DNA of 24,207 nucleotides from a virus (IMGVR_UViG_3300022821_000112:1-24207), one strand, 5' to 3'; positions 9,274-17,220 are shown, numbered from the stretch's first letter. Notes: a model not told the origin generated them from the sequence alone. Program-made: numbers and translations.

Positions 9274-12200
9274 ATGGTATTCGATCTCAAAAGCAGGGCC
9301 GGTGCTTCTGCTCGATCCATCGATCAGTCGGTGAGGGTCAATGCCGCCGATAGCGCACATTGGTCATGGACGCCCGGCACCGCAGGTAATCGCCGGACGT
9401 TCACTTTCCACGCACGCGTGAAGCGCGGAAACCTTACTGGGGCCAACCAGTGCCTTATGAGCGCGGGCGGGGATGATTGGATAATGTTTTTGAGCGCGGA
9501 GACGCTCGGCATAAACACTGATGCCACCGGCAACTACCGCCTCGTCAGTAGCGCGTTGTTCCGAGACACGACGAACTGGCTGGATATAACGATCAATTGC
9601 GATACGACGCTTGAGATCATGCACATATGGGTCAACGGCGTCGAAGTCACCAATTACGCCACGGAAACCACGCCGCTTCTGAACTACGAAACAGCCTTCA
9701 ATAATACGACGCTGCACTACCTTGGGCGTTTGGTTGGCGGAACAGCATATTTTGATGGTGAACTGGCCGACGTTCATTGGATAGATGGGGTGGCGTATGA
9801 CGCCAGCTATTTCGGTGAGTTCGATCCATACTACCCTGGATTTTGGCGGCCGATAGTTTTCAAGTCTTTCACACGCAACACCATCGGCACTTACGAAGAC
9901 AGTGCTGGAGTAATTCGGACCGCTGCGATTGACGTGCCCCGGATAAATTATACGGGCGGCGTTCTCGACGGCGAGTTGGCGGAAGCCTCTATCACTAATT
10001 ATATTCATTTCTCTGAAGACACCAGTAATGGTGTGTGGAATGTGGGCGGAACGACTGCGGTTACAGCGGGGAATTTGACCGGACCTGATGGATTGGTAAA
10101 TTCTGCGGATACTATTACCGTGACAGGCGGGACCAACAACACACTTGAGCATCAACTTCGGACAAGCAACAGCCGCGCCCTAGAAGCAAATACGGATTAT
10201 ATTTTCAGTGGTTGGATAAAACTTTTGACGGGCAGCTTCGCGGCGGACGGAAACCTTGTTATCAAAAGTTACGGGTCTGTCGCTACCGTCGCCAACATGA
10301 ATATTGGCTCGGATGTTGATGCCACATGGCAGCGGTTCTACGCGCTACTGACCACGGACGGCTCGCCTTCGGCTAACCACATGCAGCTTCGCGCAGACGA
10401 AGCTTGCACCCTGGGCGTGTTTGGTTGGCAAGTAGAAAAAGATGATGGTTCGGGGCTACCCACTTCCTACGTGCCTTCTTTGGGCGCGGCGAACACCAGC
10501 AGGGGCGCGGACCTACGGAACGAGGCTCGCTATGGCGAGAATGGTTTCCACCTCGAATTTGCGGACGCAAACGACTTTGGCCTAGATTCTGGCTCGACCG
10601 AAAACCTTGTTTATCCGAGCGATGATTTTTCCAACGCTCGTTGGTCGGCTATCCGTATGACCAAAGGGACGGTCGGCACCGAATTGGGCTTCGCCACGCA
10701 GGAAATGGTTGAAGACAATACCAGCGGAACGCATATCGTCGAACAGTCTTGGCCCGCCGTAAGTGGTCAAGTCTACCGGGCCAGCATCATCGCGGAAGCG
10801 ACCGGCCGCGACTATATGTATTTTACGACGAACGCGCTTACGACTACCCGGACGTTCTTCAATCTTACCACTGGCGCGGTGGGGACTGTCGGCGCTGGTC
10901 ATACCGCTTCTATAACCGACATGGGCGGCGGTGTGTACCGTTGCGATATCGTGTTCACCGCCACCGGCACCGGAAACAAAACCTTTGATTACGGCGCGGG
11001 CGATGCTGATAACAGCCACGGCTATACTGGCAATAGCGCGTCGGCCACCCGGATTTATGGAGCGCAGGTTGCGTCTGGTTCGGTCTATCGTGGTTGGAAA
11101 AAGACAACGGCTGCGGTCGCAGTCGCGAATGATATTACGCCCAGCGGTTTGACCACCACCGACCAGCTTGCCGACACGCCGACGAATAACTACCCCGTTC
11201 TGAACGTGGCTCACGAAACGGTTGGCGGCGCTGTGGCTATCTCGAACGGGGGCCTGAACCTGACCGGCGCAGCGTCAACCTCTTGGTGCAACGCATTCGC
11301 GACGTTTGGTCTTAGCACGGCGAGCGGGGGGAAATATATCTGGGCTTCTGAAGTAACGCTGACCGGCCAAGGCCACTGTCAGCCTTTTGTTGTTAACGAA
11401 AACTGGACGAAAGCCAACAATATAACGACCTCTGCAAACGCTTGGGGTATGACCTTCGATAGCACATCTAACTTTGCTAGGTACGACGAAGGGACCGCCA
11501 GCGTTCACACAATGTCTCCCGTTGCGGCTGCACTGGACTACAATCTATGTGCCATTGATCTGGACAATATGAAAATCTGGTTCGGATGGTATGATGTGTC
11601 GGCTGATGCGGTGAAGTGGGCAGATACCGGCACAGGCTTTACAGGTGATCCGGGTGCCAATTCTGGCGGCATGGATTTGGATGGATCCCATTTCCGTATA
11701 GGCTTTTCAAGCTACTCAGGGAGGTCCGGTCGCGTAGACTTTGGACAATCGGACCTGCTTTCGAATATAACTCTGCCGACCGGGTTCACTACTCTGTCCG
11801 CTAACAACCTACCTGACCCAGTGGTAAAAGATAACCGTTCGGAGTTCGTCACGGTGACGGATACAGAGGCGAACATCATCGCAACGCTTGCTGCGGCTCG
11901 ATCCGGCTGGACCGATTACGTGGATATTTTCAAGAACCGGGACGCTATCGAAAGCTACTACGTGCGTTGGAGCGCGGACCCGACGAACTGCTTCAACACC
12001 GACGACACGGGCGCGAAGGAAACCTTCCCGACACTGGCTGGATCGGGTGCATGGCTTGGTTGCTCGATGAAGCTGGACGGTCTGGCGAATATCAAAGCCG
12101 GTTCTGTCTCGCATACGAACGGGGCGGACACGACCGTTACACATAACGCAGGCAATGCGCGTGCGTTGATAATTCTTTTCCATGAACTTGGTGGCTCCCG

Positions 12201-12699
12201 TCATATGTACCACCCAAGCCTGACAAGCGGGAAGCTGGTCTATCTCGATGCGACAACGGTGGAGACGACTGACGCTGCTATCAAGAACGTGACCGCCAAC
12301 GCCTTCGACATTGACACGGGCGAGGCCACCGATACGATCTGGTATCTCGTAATCCCAGAGACGGAAGGGTTCTTTGACCTGAGTGAATACGAGGGTAACG
12401 GTCTGGATGAAGGCCCGTTTATCCATATGAACGGGAAGCCAAGCCTCTACAGCTCGAAGCGTATCTCCGGTTCGGCGGGCGGGCATTACACATGGAACGA
12501 TCAGGCGGACCCGGAAAACCAAGTCATCAACCAGAGCCAATTCAATGATCCTGCCGCAGAGACTAGCACGGCGAACAACATAGATTTCTTGGCCGCTGGC
12601 GTGAAGGTACGGGACGCAACAGGCAACAATGTATCGGGCGCTCCATATTTGACTTGGGCGTTCCTATCCGAAGATTTCAAACACTCCAACGCAAGATAG
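9274..12699 (+). CDS. Mosaic tail fibre/spike, 1141 aa: LamG/ConA-like lectin with two inserted carbohydrate-binding-like modules, SPRY-like domain and C-terminal repeat-type domain
   Basis: GNRRTFTF..VKR...YFDGELADVHWIDG.A...YFGE...W.P / YGENGFHLEF / DTPTNNY / SNGGL..ATFGL..GKY / PTGF..L...NLP.P motifs; Thr/Gly/Ser/Asn rich; visibly more AT-rich than flanking genes. Confidence 0.75.
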   Translation: MVFDLKSRAGASARSIDQSVRVNAADSAHWSWTPGTAGNRRTFTFHARVKRGNLTGANQCLMSAGGDDWIMFLSAETLGINTDATGNYRLVSSALFRDTTNWLDITINCDTTLEIMHIWVNGVEVTNYATETTPLLNYETAFNNTTLHYLGRLVGGTAYFDGELADVHWIDGVAYDASYFGEFDPYYPGFWRPIVFKSFTRNTIGTYEDSAGVIRTAAIDVPRINYTGGVLDGELAEASITNYIHFSEDTSNGVWNVGGTTAVTAGNLTGPDGLVNSADTITVTGGTNNTLEHQLRTSNSRALEANTDYIFSGWIKLLTGSFAADGNLVIKSYGSVATVANMNIGSDVDATWQRFYALLTTDGSPSANHMQLRADEACTLGVFGWQVEKDDGSGLPTSYVPSLGAANTSRGADLRNEARYGENGFHLEFADANDFGLDSGSTENLVYPSDDFSNARWSAIRMTKGTVGTELGFATQEMVEDNTSGTHIVEQSWPAVSGQVYRASIIAEATGRDYMYFTTNALTTTRTFFNLTTGAVGTVGAGHTASITDMGGGVYRCDIVFTATGTGNKTFDYGAGDADNSHGYTGNSASATRIYGAQVASGSVYRGWKKTTAAVAVANDITPSGLTTTDQLADTPTNNYPVLNVAHETVGGAVAISNGGLNLTGAASTSWCNAFATFGLSTASGGKYIWASEVTLTGQGHCQPFVVNENWTKANNITTSANAWGMTFDSTSNFARYDEGTASVHTMSPVAAALDYNLCAIDLDNMKIWFGWYDVSADAVKWADTGTGFTGDPGANSGGMDLDGSHFRIGFSSYSGRSGRVDFGQSDLLSNITLPTGFTTLSANNLPDPVVKDNRSEFVTVTDTEANIIATLAAARSGWTDYVDIFKNRDAIESYYVRWSADPTNCFNTDDTGAKETFPTLAGSGAWLGCSMKLDGLANIKAGSVSHTNGADTTVTHNAGNARALIILFHELGGSRHMYHPSLTSGKLVYLDATTVETTDAAIKNVTANAFDIDTGEATDTIWYLVIPETEGFFDLSEYEGNGLDEGPFIHMNGKPSLYSSKRISGSAGGHYTWNDQADPENQVINQSQFNDPAAETSTANNIDFLAAGVKVRDATGNNVSGAPYLTWAFLSEDFKHSNAR

Positions 12700-12710
12700 G
12701 GAAACAGACG

Positions 12711-13352
12711 ATGAAATTTTGCAAGCTGACAGAGACATCGCCGGGAGTTTTCGCGCTGCCTGTTGCGCGCATATTCAGCCAAGGCGGTTGGATGAAGGAG
12801 TATGTCGGTAGTCAGCGCGTTGTCGCCATGCCCGCCGATTGGCAGAACGCTAATGGCTACCGGGCGTTCTTTGATGCCCCGCCCAACGATCCCAATTGGA
12901 GTGCCGGTGGCTCTCTAGACACCGATAGTGGCAGCGCGGTCGATCGCAGCTACCCCAGCCCGCTGCTGAAGGACGACGCCATCTTGCTCGCCGCTCAACT
13001 CGAGAAGCTGGCGGCTCACAGGTGGGCAGTCGAGGTTGCCGGTGTCATGTTTAATGGCCTGCTGGTGCCGTCCGGACGCGGGGATCGTACCGCGCTCAAG
13101 CACGCGATTGATGGGTTTGATATGGTTGCTTCCGGCACCCCGCCCACCGTGCCATTCAAGGTGTCCAACGGCGCATTCGCCCGCATAGACAAGCCCACCC
13201 TTGAAGGGGCGTGGACCATGGTTCTGATGTATGTTCAGAACTGCTACACTGTCGAGGAGATGCACACCACTGCGCTTCAGGCGCTCACCGGGGAGGCCAT
13301 TATCACTTACGACATCTACAATAGTTGGCCCGAGCTAGTGGGTGCAGCGTGA
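12711..13352 (+). CDS. DUF4376-like tail-fibre-associated (assembly chaperone-like) protein
   Basis: ATG at 12711 after AGGGA preferred over 12654. C-half LAAHRWAVEVAGV...FK..NG.F...VQNCY..E...DI...W matches the DUF4376 pattern; sits right after the fibre gene. Confidence 0.65.
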   Translation: MKFCKLTETSPGVFALPVARIFSQGGWMKEYVGSQRVVAMPADWQNANGYRAFFDAPPNDPNWSAGGSLDTDSGSAVDRSYPSPLLKDDAILLAAQLEKLAAHRWAVEVAGVMFNGLLVPSGRGDRTALKHAIDGFDMVASGTPPTVPFKVSNGAFARIDKPTLEGAWTMVLMYVQNCYTVEEMHTTALQALTGEAIITYDIYNSWPELVGAA

Positions 13353-13762
13353 GGAAATTTGGCGGCTGGTGGTTGAACCAATGTGCTACCCGTCCGGTGG
13401 ATCTAATCAGTGGCTGGGTGGCGTTCTTCTGGGCACTAGACCTTCTCCCCGATCCAGCGCCTGTCGCCCGCGTGCATCAATATATGGAGCAGCTCTTACC
13501 TCTATGGGCGTACGGCGCCGTGGCGTTGCTGGTCTTTACATCCTACTGGTTGTCAAACTCTTTGAGCTTCGTCACAGTCGGGGACTGGAAGCGGCACCAT
13601 GCTCATATGTTTGCGTGCGGGTTCTGGTCGTTTGTTTTTGTCTCGTTCTTCTCGTCGGGCGGATCGTTGACCGGGCAAGGAACTTATTTTGTTCTTGCTG
13701 TCGCGACCGGCATCCACTCCTTAGTTCTATATACTGGTGAACCACATGACTGGCTGGATTGA
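13349..13762 (+). CDS. Multi-pass membrane protein (about 4 TM), lysis region
   Basis: GTG overlaps the upstream TGA (GTGA). Hydrophobic segments ISGWVAFFWAL, LPLWAYGAVALLVFTSYWL, MFACGFWSFVFVSFF, GTYFVLAVATGIHSLVLY. Confidence 0.6.
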   Translation: MRKFGGWWLNQCATRPVDLISGWVAFFWALDLLPDPAPVARVHQYMEQLLPLWAYGAVALLVFTSYWLSNSLSFVTVGDWKRHHAHMFACGFWSFVFVSFFSSGGSLTGQGTYFVLAVATGIHSLVLYTGEPHDWLD

Positions 13763-14048
13763 GGAGAATATATCAGGGCCGATTGCGGCGGCACTGGTTA
13801 CCGGCGTTGCGGTCCCACTTGTCCTAGCGATGTACCGTCGTCGTCGAACGATTGGCGAGGTGCGGGACAGCTTGTCATCGAGCGAGGCTAAGTTCCGCGC
13901 CGACCTCATCCTACGCATGAACACCCTGACCGAGCGGTGCGACCGCTTGCAGAGAGACAACCTTGAATGCGAGCGCCGTAATAACGAGCTGCAGGCTGAA
14001 ATGACCGCACTACGGATCGACCTCCGCTCGCTGAAAACGGGCGATTGA
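13746..14048 (+). CDS. Single-TM plus coiled-coil protein (lysis-associated)
   Basis: N-terminal TM (PIAAALVTGVAVPLVLAMY) then RRRR and a heptad coiled coil. Start may be GTG 13737 or ATG 13746. Confidence 0.6.
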   Translation: MTGWIEENISGPIAAALVTGVAVPLVLAMYRRRRTIGEVRDSLSSSEAKFRADLILRMNTLTERCDRLQRDNLECERRNNELQAEMTALRIDLRSLKTGD

Positions 14049-14084
14049 GCTAGACCCCCACACTTCAGAATGAGGAGATAGACG

Positions 14085-14483
14085 ATGTTCACCACTATTA
14101 TGAAAGTCCTCGGTGGCGACAAAATCATCGAGAAGGGCCTCGAGCTTATTGACGATGCTTGGGAAACTGATACCGAGATCCGCGAGAGCAAGACCAAGGC
14201 CAAGATCGACCTGATGAAGGCCTATGCGCCGTTCAAGATCGCGCAGCGGTATCTTGCCCTGCTGTTCTCGTTCACCTTCATCTTCAGTTTCTTTCTGGTG
14301 CTCGGGTGCGTGCTCTCTGGGTACGGAAACGTCGCAGACATCTACGATGTGCTGAAGGCGTTCTACATCGGGGAGATCATGCTCTCGATCGTCATCTTCT
14401 ACTTCGGCGGCGGGCTGACCGAGAGCGTAGGCAGATCACTTATCAAGCGAAAACAAAAAGACAACGGAGACGCCGAGGGGTAG
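14085..14483 (+). CDS. Holin-like protein (3TM/GTA-holin-like family)
   Basis: Strong RBS GAGGAG. GLELIDDAW.TD.E...K..LMKAYAPFKIAQRYLALLF, two clear TM helices, IVIFYFGGG and a basic tail. Confidence 0.6.
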   Translation: MFTTIMKVLGGDKIIEKGLELIDDAWETDTEIRESKTKAKIDLMKAYAPFKIAQRYLALLFSFTFIFSFFLVLGCVLSGYGNVADIYDVLKAFYIGEIMLSIVIFYFGGGLTESVGRSLIKRKQKDNGDAEG

Positions 14484-14578
14484 GGGCGCCTACCACTTCA
14501 GGGATCCGCCGTCCGGTCGGCGGTTGGGGGGGGCGCTATCTCCGACTTGTCGGCGCCTCACCCGCTTCTAAAGTAATA

Positions 14579-14609
14579 AAAAACCCGGCGAGATCCTCGC
14601 CGGGTTTTT
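14579..14609. terminator. Bidirectional rho-independent terminator between convergent arms
   Basis: AAAAA-CCCGGCGAG-ATC-CTCGCCGGG-TTTTT: perfect 9-bp stem with a T-run on each strand. Confidence 0.9.
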
Positions 14610-14614
14610 CGTGT

Positions 14615-14803
14615 TTACAGGCTACGCCATTTCTGCCGTCGCCGCTTGATGTACTTCCGTACGCTCTCGGCCTCCTCCTCGGGCACGGTGAACGAGATCT
14701 TCTTAAACCCGGAACTCCGTGATCGCTCGAGGTGCTGCGCCTGCCTCTTGGCGTGCTGCTTGGCCTTCTCGCGCTCTTCACGCTCTGCTTTGGTCAGTCC
14801 CAT
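14615..14803 (-). CDS. Small basic protein (62 aa), possible ribbon-helix-helix/antitoxin-like DNA-binding protein
   Basis: RBS AGGAGA then ATG at 14803 (MGLTKAERE...). R..GFKKISFTVPEEEAESVRKYI gives a strand-then-helix pattern. Confidence 0.55.
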   Translation of the reverse strand: MGLTKAEREEREKAKQHAKRQAQHLERSRSSGFKKISFTVPEEEAESVRKYIKRRRQKWRSL

Positions 14804-15003
14804 AGCTAGTCTCCTCTCAGGTAAGTGTGCAGTTCTTTTTCGGTCTTGTCCGCTGTATCCCGGAGGAACTGCAGTTCCCCGAGAACCCGGTGCAGGCCAC
14901 CAAGCCCGGACGTCTCGCTTTCGATCTGTAGCAGATCCTCGTCTTGCAGGGTAGCGTGCCCGTGCGACATGTGGTTCAGATCTCTCGCCATAGCTAGTCT
15001 CCT
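14800..15003 (-). repeat. 16-bp direct repeat AGGAGACTAGCTATGG (RBS plus start), copies 14800-14815 and 14988-15003
   Basis: + strand ccatagctagtctcct is identical at both sites. Confidence 0.9.
14806..14991 (-). CDS. Hypothetical protein (61 aa)
   Basis: RBS AGGAGA plus ATG; stop 2 nt before the next ATG. Confidence 0.6.
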   Translation of the reverse strand: MARDLNHMSHGHATLQDEDLLQIESETSGLGGLHRVLGELQFLRDTADKTEKELHTYLRGD

Positions 15004-15032
15004 TTGGTTGTGGTGGGGCAGTCTGGTTTCTC

Positions 15033-15239
15033 CTATTCGAGCGCGGCGCGCGCGGCTTCCCTTGCTTCAAATTCTTCACCATCATCTAGGTTGTTGAGCA
15101 TCTGGTCCCAGTGGAAGCAAAGAGTTTTCAGCGCCGCCTCTAGCTGTTCGATGCGGCGATCTTTCGCGCAGATGTCAGCGTGCAGACGTGAGTTATGAGC
15201 CAGCGTCTCCTTCAATTCGGCTACTTTATTACGGCTCAT
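15033..15239 (-). CDS. Small coiled-coil hypothetical protein (68 aa)
   Basis: ATG at 15239 after AGGAGA with ATGA overlap; MSRNKVAELKETL...RIEQLEAAL...ARAALE. Confidence 0.65.
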   Translation of the reverse strand: MSRNKVAELKETLAHNSRLHADICAKDRRIEQLEAALKTLCFHWDQMLNNLDDGEEFEAREAARAALE

Positions 15240-15609
15240 TCTGGTTTCTCCTGTTCCACCTGCAACTTTAGAGCCACAAGATATTGCAGCATGTCGGCGC
15301 ATTCCTCAATTGCGTGCTGAATTAATTCGGCCTCAGTCGGGCGGGTATTGTCTAGCGTTCCGCCGTATTTGCGAATGCCTTTGGCGTCCTGCTTGTCAAG
15401 GATACGGCTTATTTCGTCACGTACTTCACCCATTAGGTTTCTCCTGTTCCAGTGCTTCTGCCCCTGTCGGTCCGTCGATAATTTCTATCAGTTCATCTTT
15501 CTTGGACCGTATTAGAGTGAGACGATTGTGGACGTTGTCCCACTCATAGCTACAAACTAATAGCTTTCGCTCAAGCTCCACTTTATCCGCCTCTAGCTGT
15601 TCGATGCGG
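15134..15609 (-). repeat. 23-bp exact intragenic repeat encoding RIEQLEA, copies 15134-15156 and 15587-15609
   Basis: ccgcctctagctgttcgatgcgg at both positions. Confidence 0.9.
15236..15433 (-). CDS. Small all-alpha NTP-pyrophosphohydrolase-like (MazG-fold-like) protein, 65 aa
   Basis: KG.RKYG.TL...LIQHAIEECADMLQYL with an EExxD acidic motif; RBS AGGAGA. Confidence 0.5.
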   Translation of the reverse strand: MGEVRDEISRILDKQDAKGIRKYGGTLDNTRPTEAELIQHAIEECADMLQYLVALKLQVEQEKPE

Positions 15610-15683
15610 TCGCTTAGTTCAAGTACCTTTGCGTCGAGCCAATCAACATCTGTGATGCCTGTGGTGCGATGTGTATCAGGCAT
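15426..15683 (-). CDS. Coiled-coil hypothetical protein (85 aa)
   Basis: ATG at 15683 overlaps upstream TGA (TGATG); heptads LSDRIEQLEADKVELERKL. Confidence 0.6.
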   Translation of the reverse strand: MPDTHRTTGITDVDWLDAKVLELSDRIEQLEADKVELERKLLVCSYEWDNVHNRLTLIRSKKDELIEIIDGPTGAEALEQEKPNG

Positions 15684-16207
15684 CACCGTTTTCCCCGGGT
15701 TGTCGTGGTCCGATAAAAGGCGTACATCAGCGCAATCCAAAGCCCCGCAGCCAGTATCCACGCTCCGCCCGGTGCGGGCACGGCGGTGACACCTTGAGCG
15801 ATCCAGTATGTACCGCTGTCACCCGGCTGTGATGTCCAACCGCCCGCCGTGTCGAATAGGAACCGGGTTGCACCCAGCCATGCGAACGAGTTTACAGTGA
15901 CGAAACTCAAGAAGCCGCTGTCGATGGTGAAATACGCGCCGCCGAATGACGTGTTTATCAATTTCAGCGGGCCAGTGTTATCGGACCAGAGATTGACGCC
16001 AATATCCGTATTGCTGGCGGCGGCTGACGGGCCGACGATCAGCGACTGTTCAATAGATATCGCGCCGCTGTAGAGCGGGATCGGATCGCCGTCGCGGGTC
16101 ATGTTGAATATGCCGGTGATGGGTGCCGCGTTGGCCGGTGCGATGTTCACCAGCGCCCAGAGTGCCAGTGCGGCAAGCGCCATCAGGGGTATGTCAATTA
16201 TCTTCAT
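15683..16207 (-). CDS. Secreted protein with PEP-CTERM/VPxP-CTERM-like sorting signal
   Basis: Signal peptide MKIIDIPLMALAALALWALVNIAPANA|APIT; Gly/Ser/Thr/aromatic beta-rich body; C-terminus TAVPAPGG-AWILAAGLWIALMYAFY-RTTTTRGKR (motif, TM, basic tail). Confidence 0.75.
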   Translation of the reverse strand: MKIIDIPLMALAALALWALVNIAPANAAPITGIFNMTRDGDPIPLYSGAISIEQSLIVGPSAAASNTDIGVNLWSDNTGPLKLINTSFGGAYFTIDSGFLSFVTVNSFAWLGATRFLFDTAGGWTSQPGDSGTYWIAQGVTAVPAPGGAWILAAGLWIALMYAFYRTTTTRGKR

Positions 16208-16596
16208 GGCGTTTCCTTTCCGTCTGTGGTGCGGACAGTACGAATAACAGGGTTCTCCGCCCGGTAAAAATTCGGCTGTAAATTATGTTCGGTCGCCCAT
16301 CCGTCCAGGGTGTCAGCTACCCGATTTTGTAGGTCTTTCCCCGCTTCGGTGGAAACATTACCCAGCCAATTCGAGGAATGTTCACCTACAAAATCACATG
16401 CATGGTCCCTAAGTTGATCGATAATATGGGAGTGATGCAGGGCAAATGTTTTCATTGTGCACCCATCAACCGCCGCGATATAGACCGTATCGCCCGGCTG
16501 TAAATCGTGGTCATCTATAGCCACTTGGAACGCCATGTCTGGATCCTCCTCGCGACCTTCATAATCTTCCCCATTAATTGAATAACAATATTCCAT
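16204..16596 (-). CDS. Hypothetical acidic phage protein (130 aa)
   Basis: ATG after AAGGGA; ATGA overlap with the next gene; AT-richer than neighbours. Confidence 0.65.
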   Translation of the reverse strand: MEYCYSINGEDYEGREEDPDMAFQVAIDDHDLQPGDTVYIAAVDGCTMKTFALHHSHIIDQLRDHACDFVGEHSSNWLGNVSTEAGKDLQNRVADTLDGWATEHNLQPNFYRAENPVIRTVRTTDGKETP

Positions 16597-16599
16597 CGT

Positions 16600-16923
16600 C
16601 TATCCCTTTCCGCCCGTAGGCTGGTCATCAATCTCAGGGTTCTCGTCGAGCAGCCGGTTGGGTAACCGATGCACGTCATCAGTGAGTTCACTGCCGTGAT
16701 CCGCCAGCACCTCCACGGTGCGGTCTACAAGATACCCGATGACGGGGTTTGTGGCGCCGGTCTCCTGAGCGGCCCTCCGCTCCCGGATCTCGGTAGCCGT
16801 GATAGGGACGGTACCACCAAAGCCCCCACCGAAGGCCACATCAGGGACAGAGAGGCGCGCCGTAGGTGCCACCGGCTCGCCATGGGCGACCGTCGACCGT
16901 GGCCTGCCTCTACGCGGAGCCAT
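16600..16923 (-). CDS. Hypothetical protein (107 aa)
   Basis: RBS AAGGAGG, TGATG overlap with upstream stop; basic RRGRPR N-terminus. Confidence 0.55.
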   Translation of the reverse strand: MAPRRGRPRSTVAHGEPVAPTARLSVPDVAFGGGFGGTVPITATEIRERRAAQETGATNPVIGYLVDRTVEVLADHGSELTDDVHRLPNRLLDENPEIDDQPTGGKG

Positions 16924-17219
16924 CACTGGCCCTCCTTCAGCATACCTGCGGAGCGCAAGACCTCCATAGCGCCCCGCGCGGTGGCAGAACCCCCCGTGTC
17001 AAAGTACTCCGCCATTAAACGCTCCGCGTGTGTAACCTCGGTCAGGTCATGCCGATGACGTAGCTCGGTGTTGAATTTACCCTCACGCGTCCACACCATA
17101 GGGCATACGGCGTCCCCGAGGTAGCCTATGACCGGGTACGGATCCCGGCCTTCGGTGCTGGTAATCACAACTATTTTTCCGTCACGGTTTTTGTAGATCC
17201 TGTTCGTGAAGATATGCAT
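16923..17219 (-). CDS. Hypothetical phage protein (98 aa)
   Basis: RBS AAGGAG then ATG at 17219; YKNRDGK.V...YPVIG...WT.EG.F...DL.E pattern seen in small phage proteins. Confidence 0.65.
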   Translation of the reverse strand: MHIFTNRIYKNRDGKIVVITSTEGRDPYPVIGYLGDAVCPMVWTREGKFNTELRHRHDLTEVTHAERLMAEYFDTGGSATARGAMEVLRSAGMLKEGQ

Positions 17220-17220
17220 C

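Larger units (their letters stand above)
15019..15451 (-). repeat. Three-copy gene-end/RBS repeat T(G/C)GAA(C/T)AGGAGAAACC: 15019-15040, 15237-15258, 15436-15451
   Basis: ggtttctcctgttcca is identical at 15243-15258 and 15436-15451; 15019-15040 matches 15237-15258 at 19/22. Confidence 0.85.

Noticed and set aside
9274-13352. Diversity-generating retroelement acting on the fibre
   Set aside because: No reverse transcriptase in the window and no adenine-mismatched TR/VR pair seen by eye.
14306-15085. ORF 14306-14722 (+) and the long 14615-15085 (-) version
   Set aside because: The first crosses the terminator; the second has a much better RBS-ATG at 14803 and would overlap another gene.
14077-16604. 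GATAGACGATG at two gene starts (14077-14087 +, 16594-16604 -) as an inversion or regulatory repeat
   Set aside because: Only 11 bp including ATG and part of the RBS region; compatible with start-context bias.
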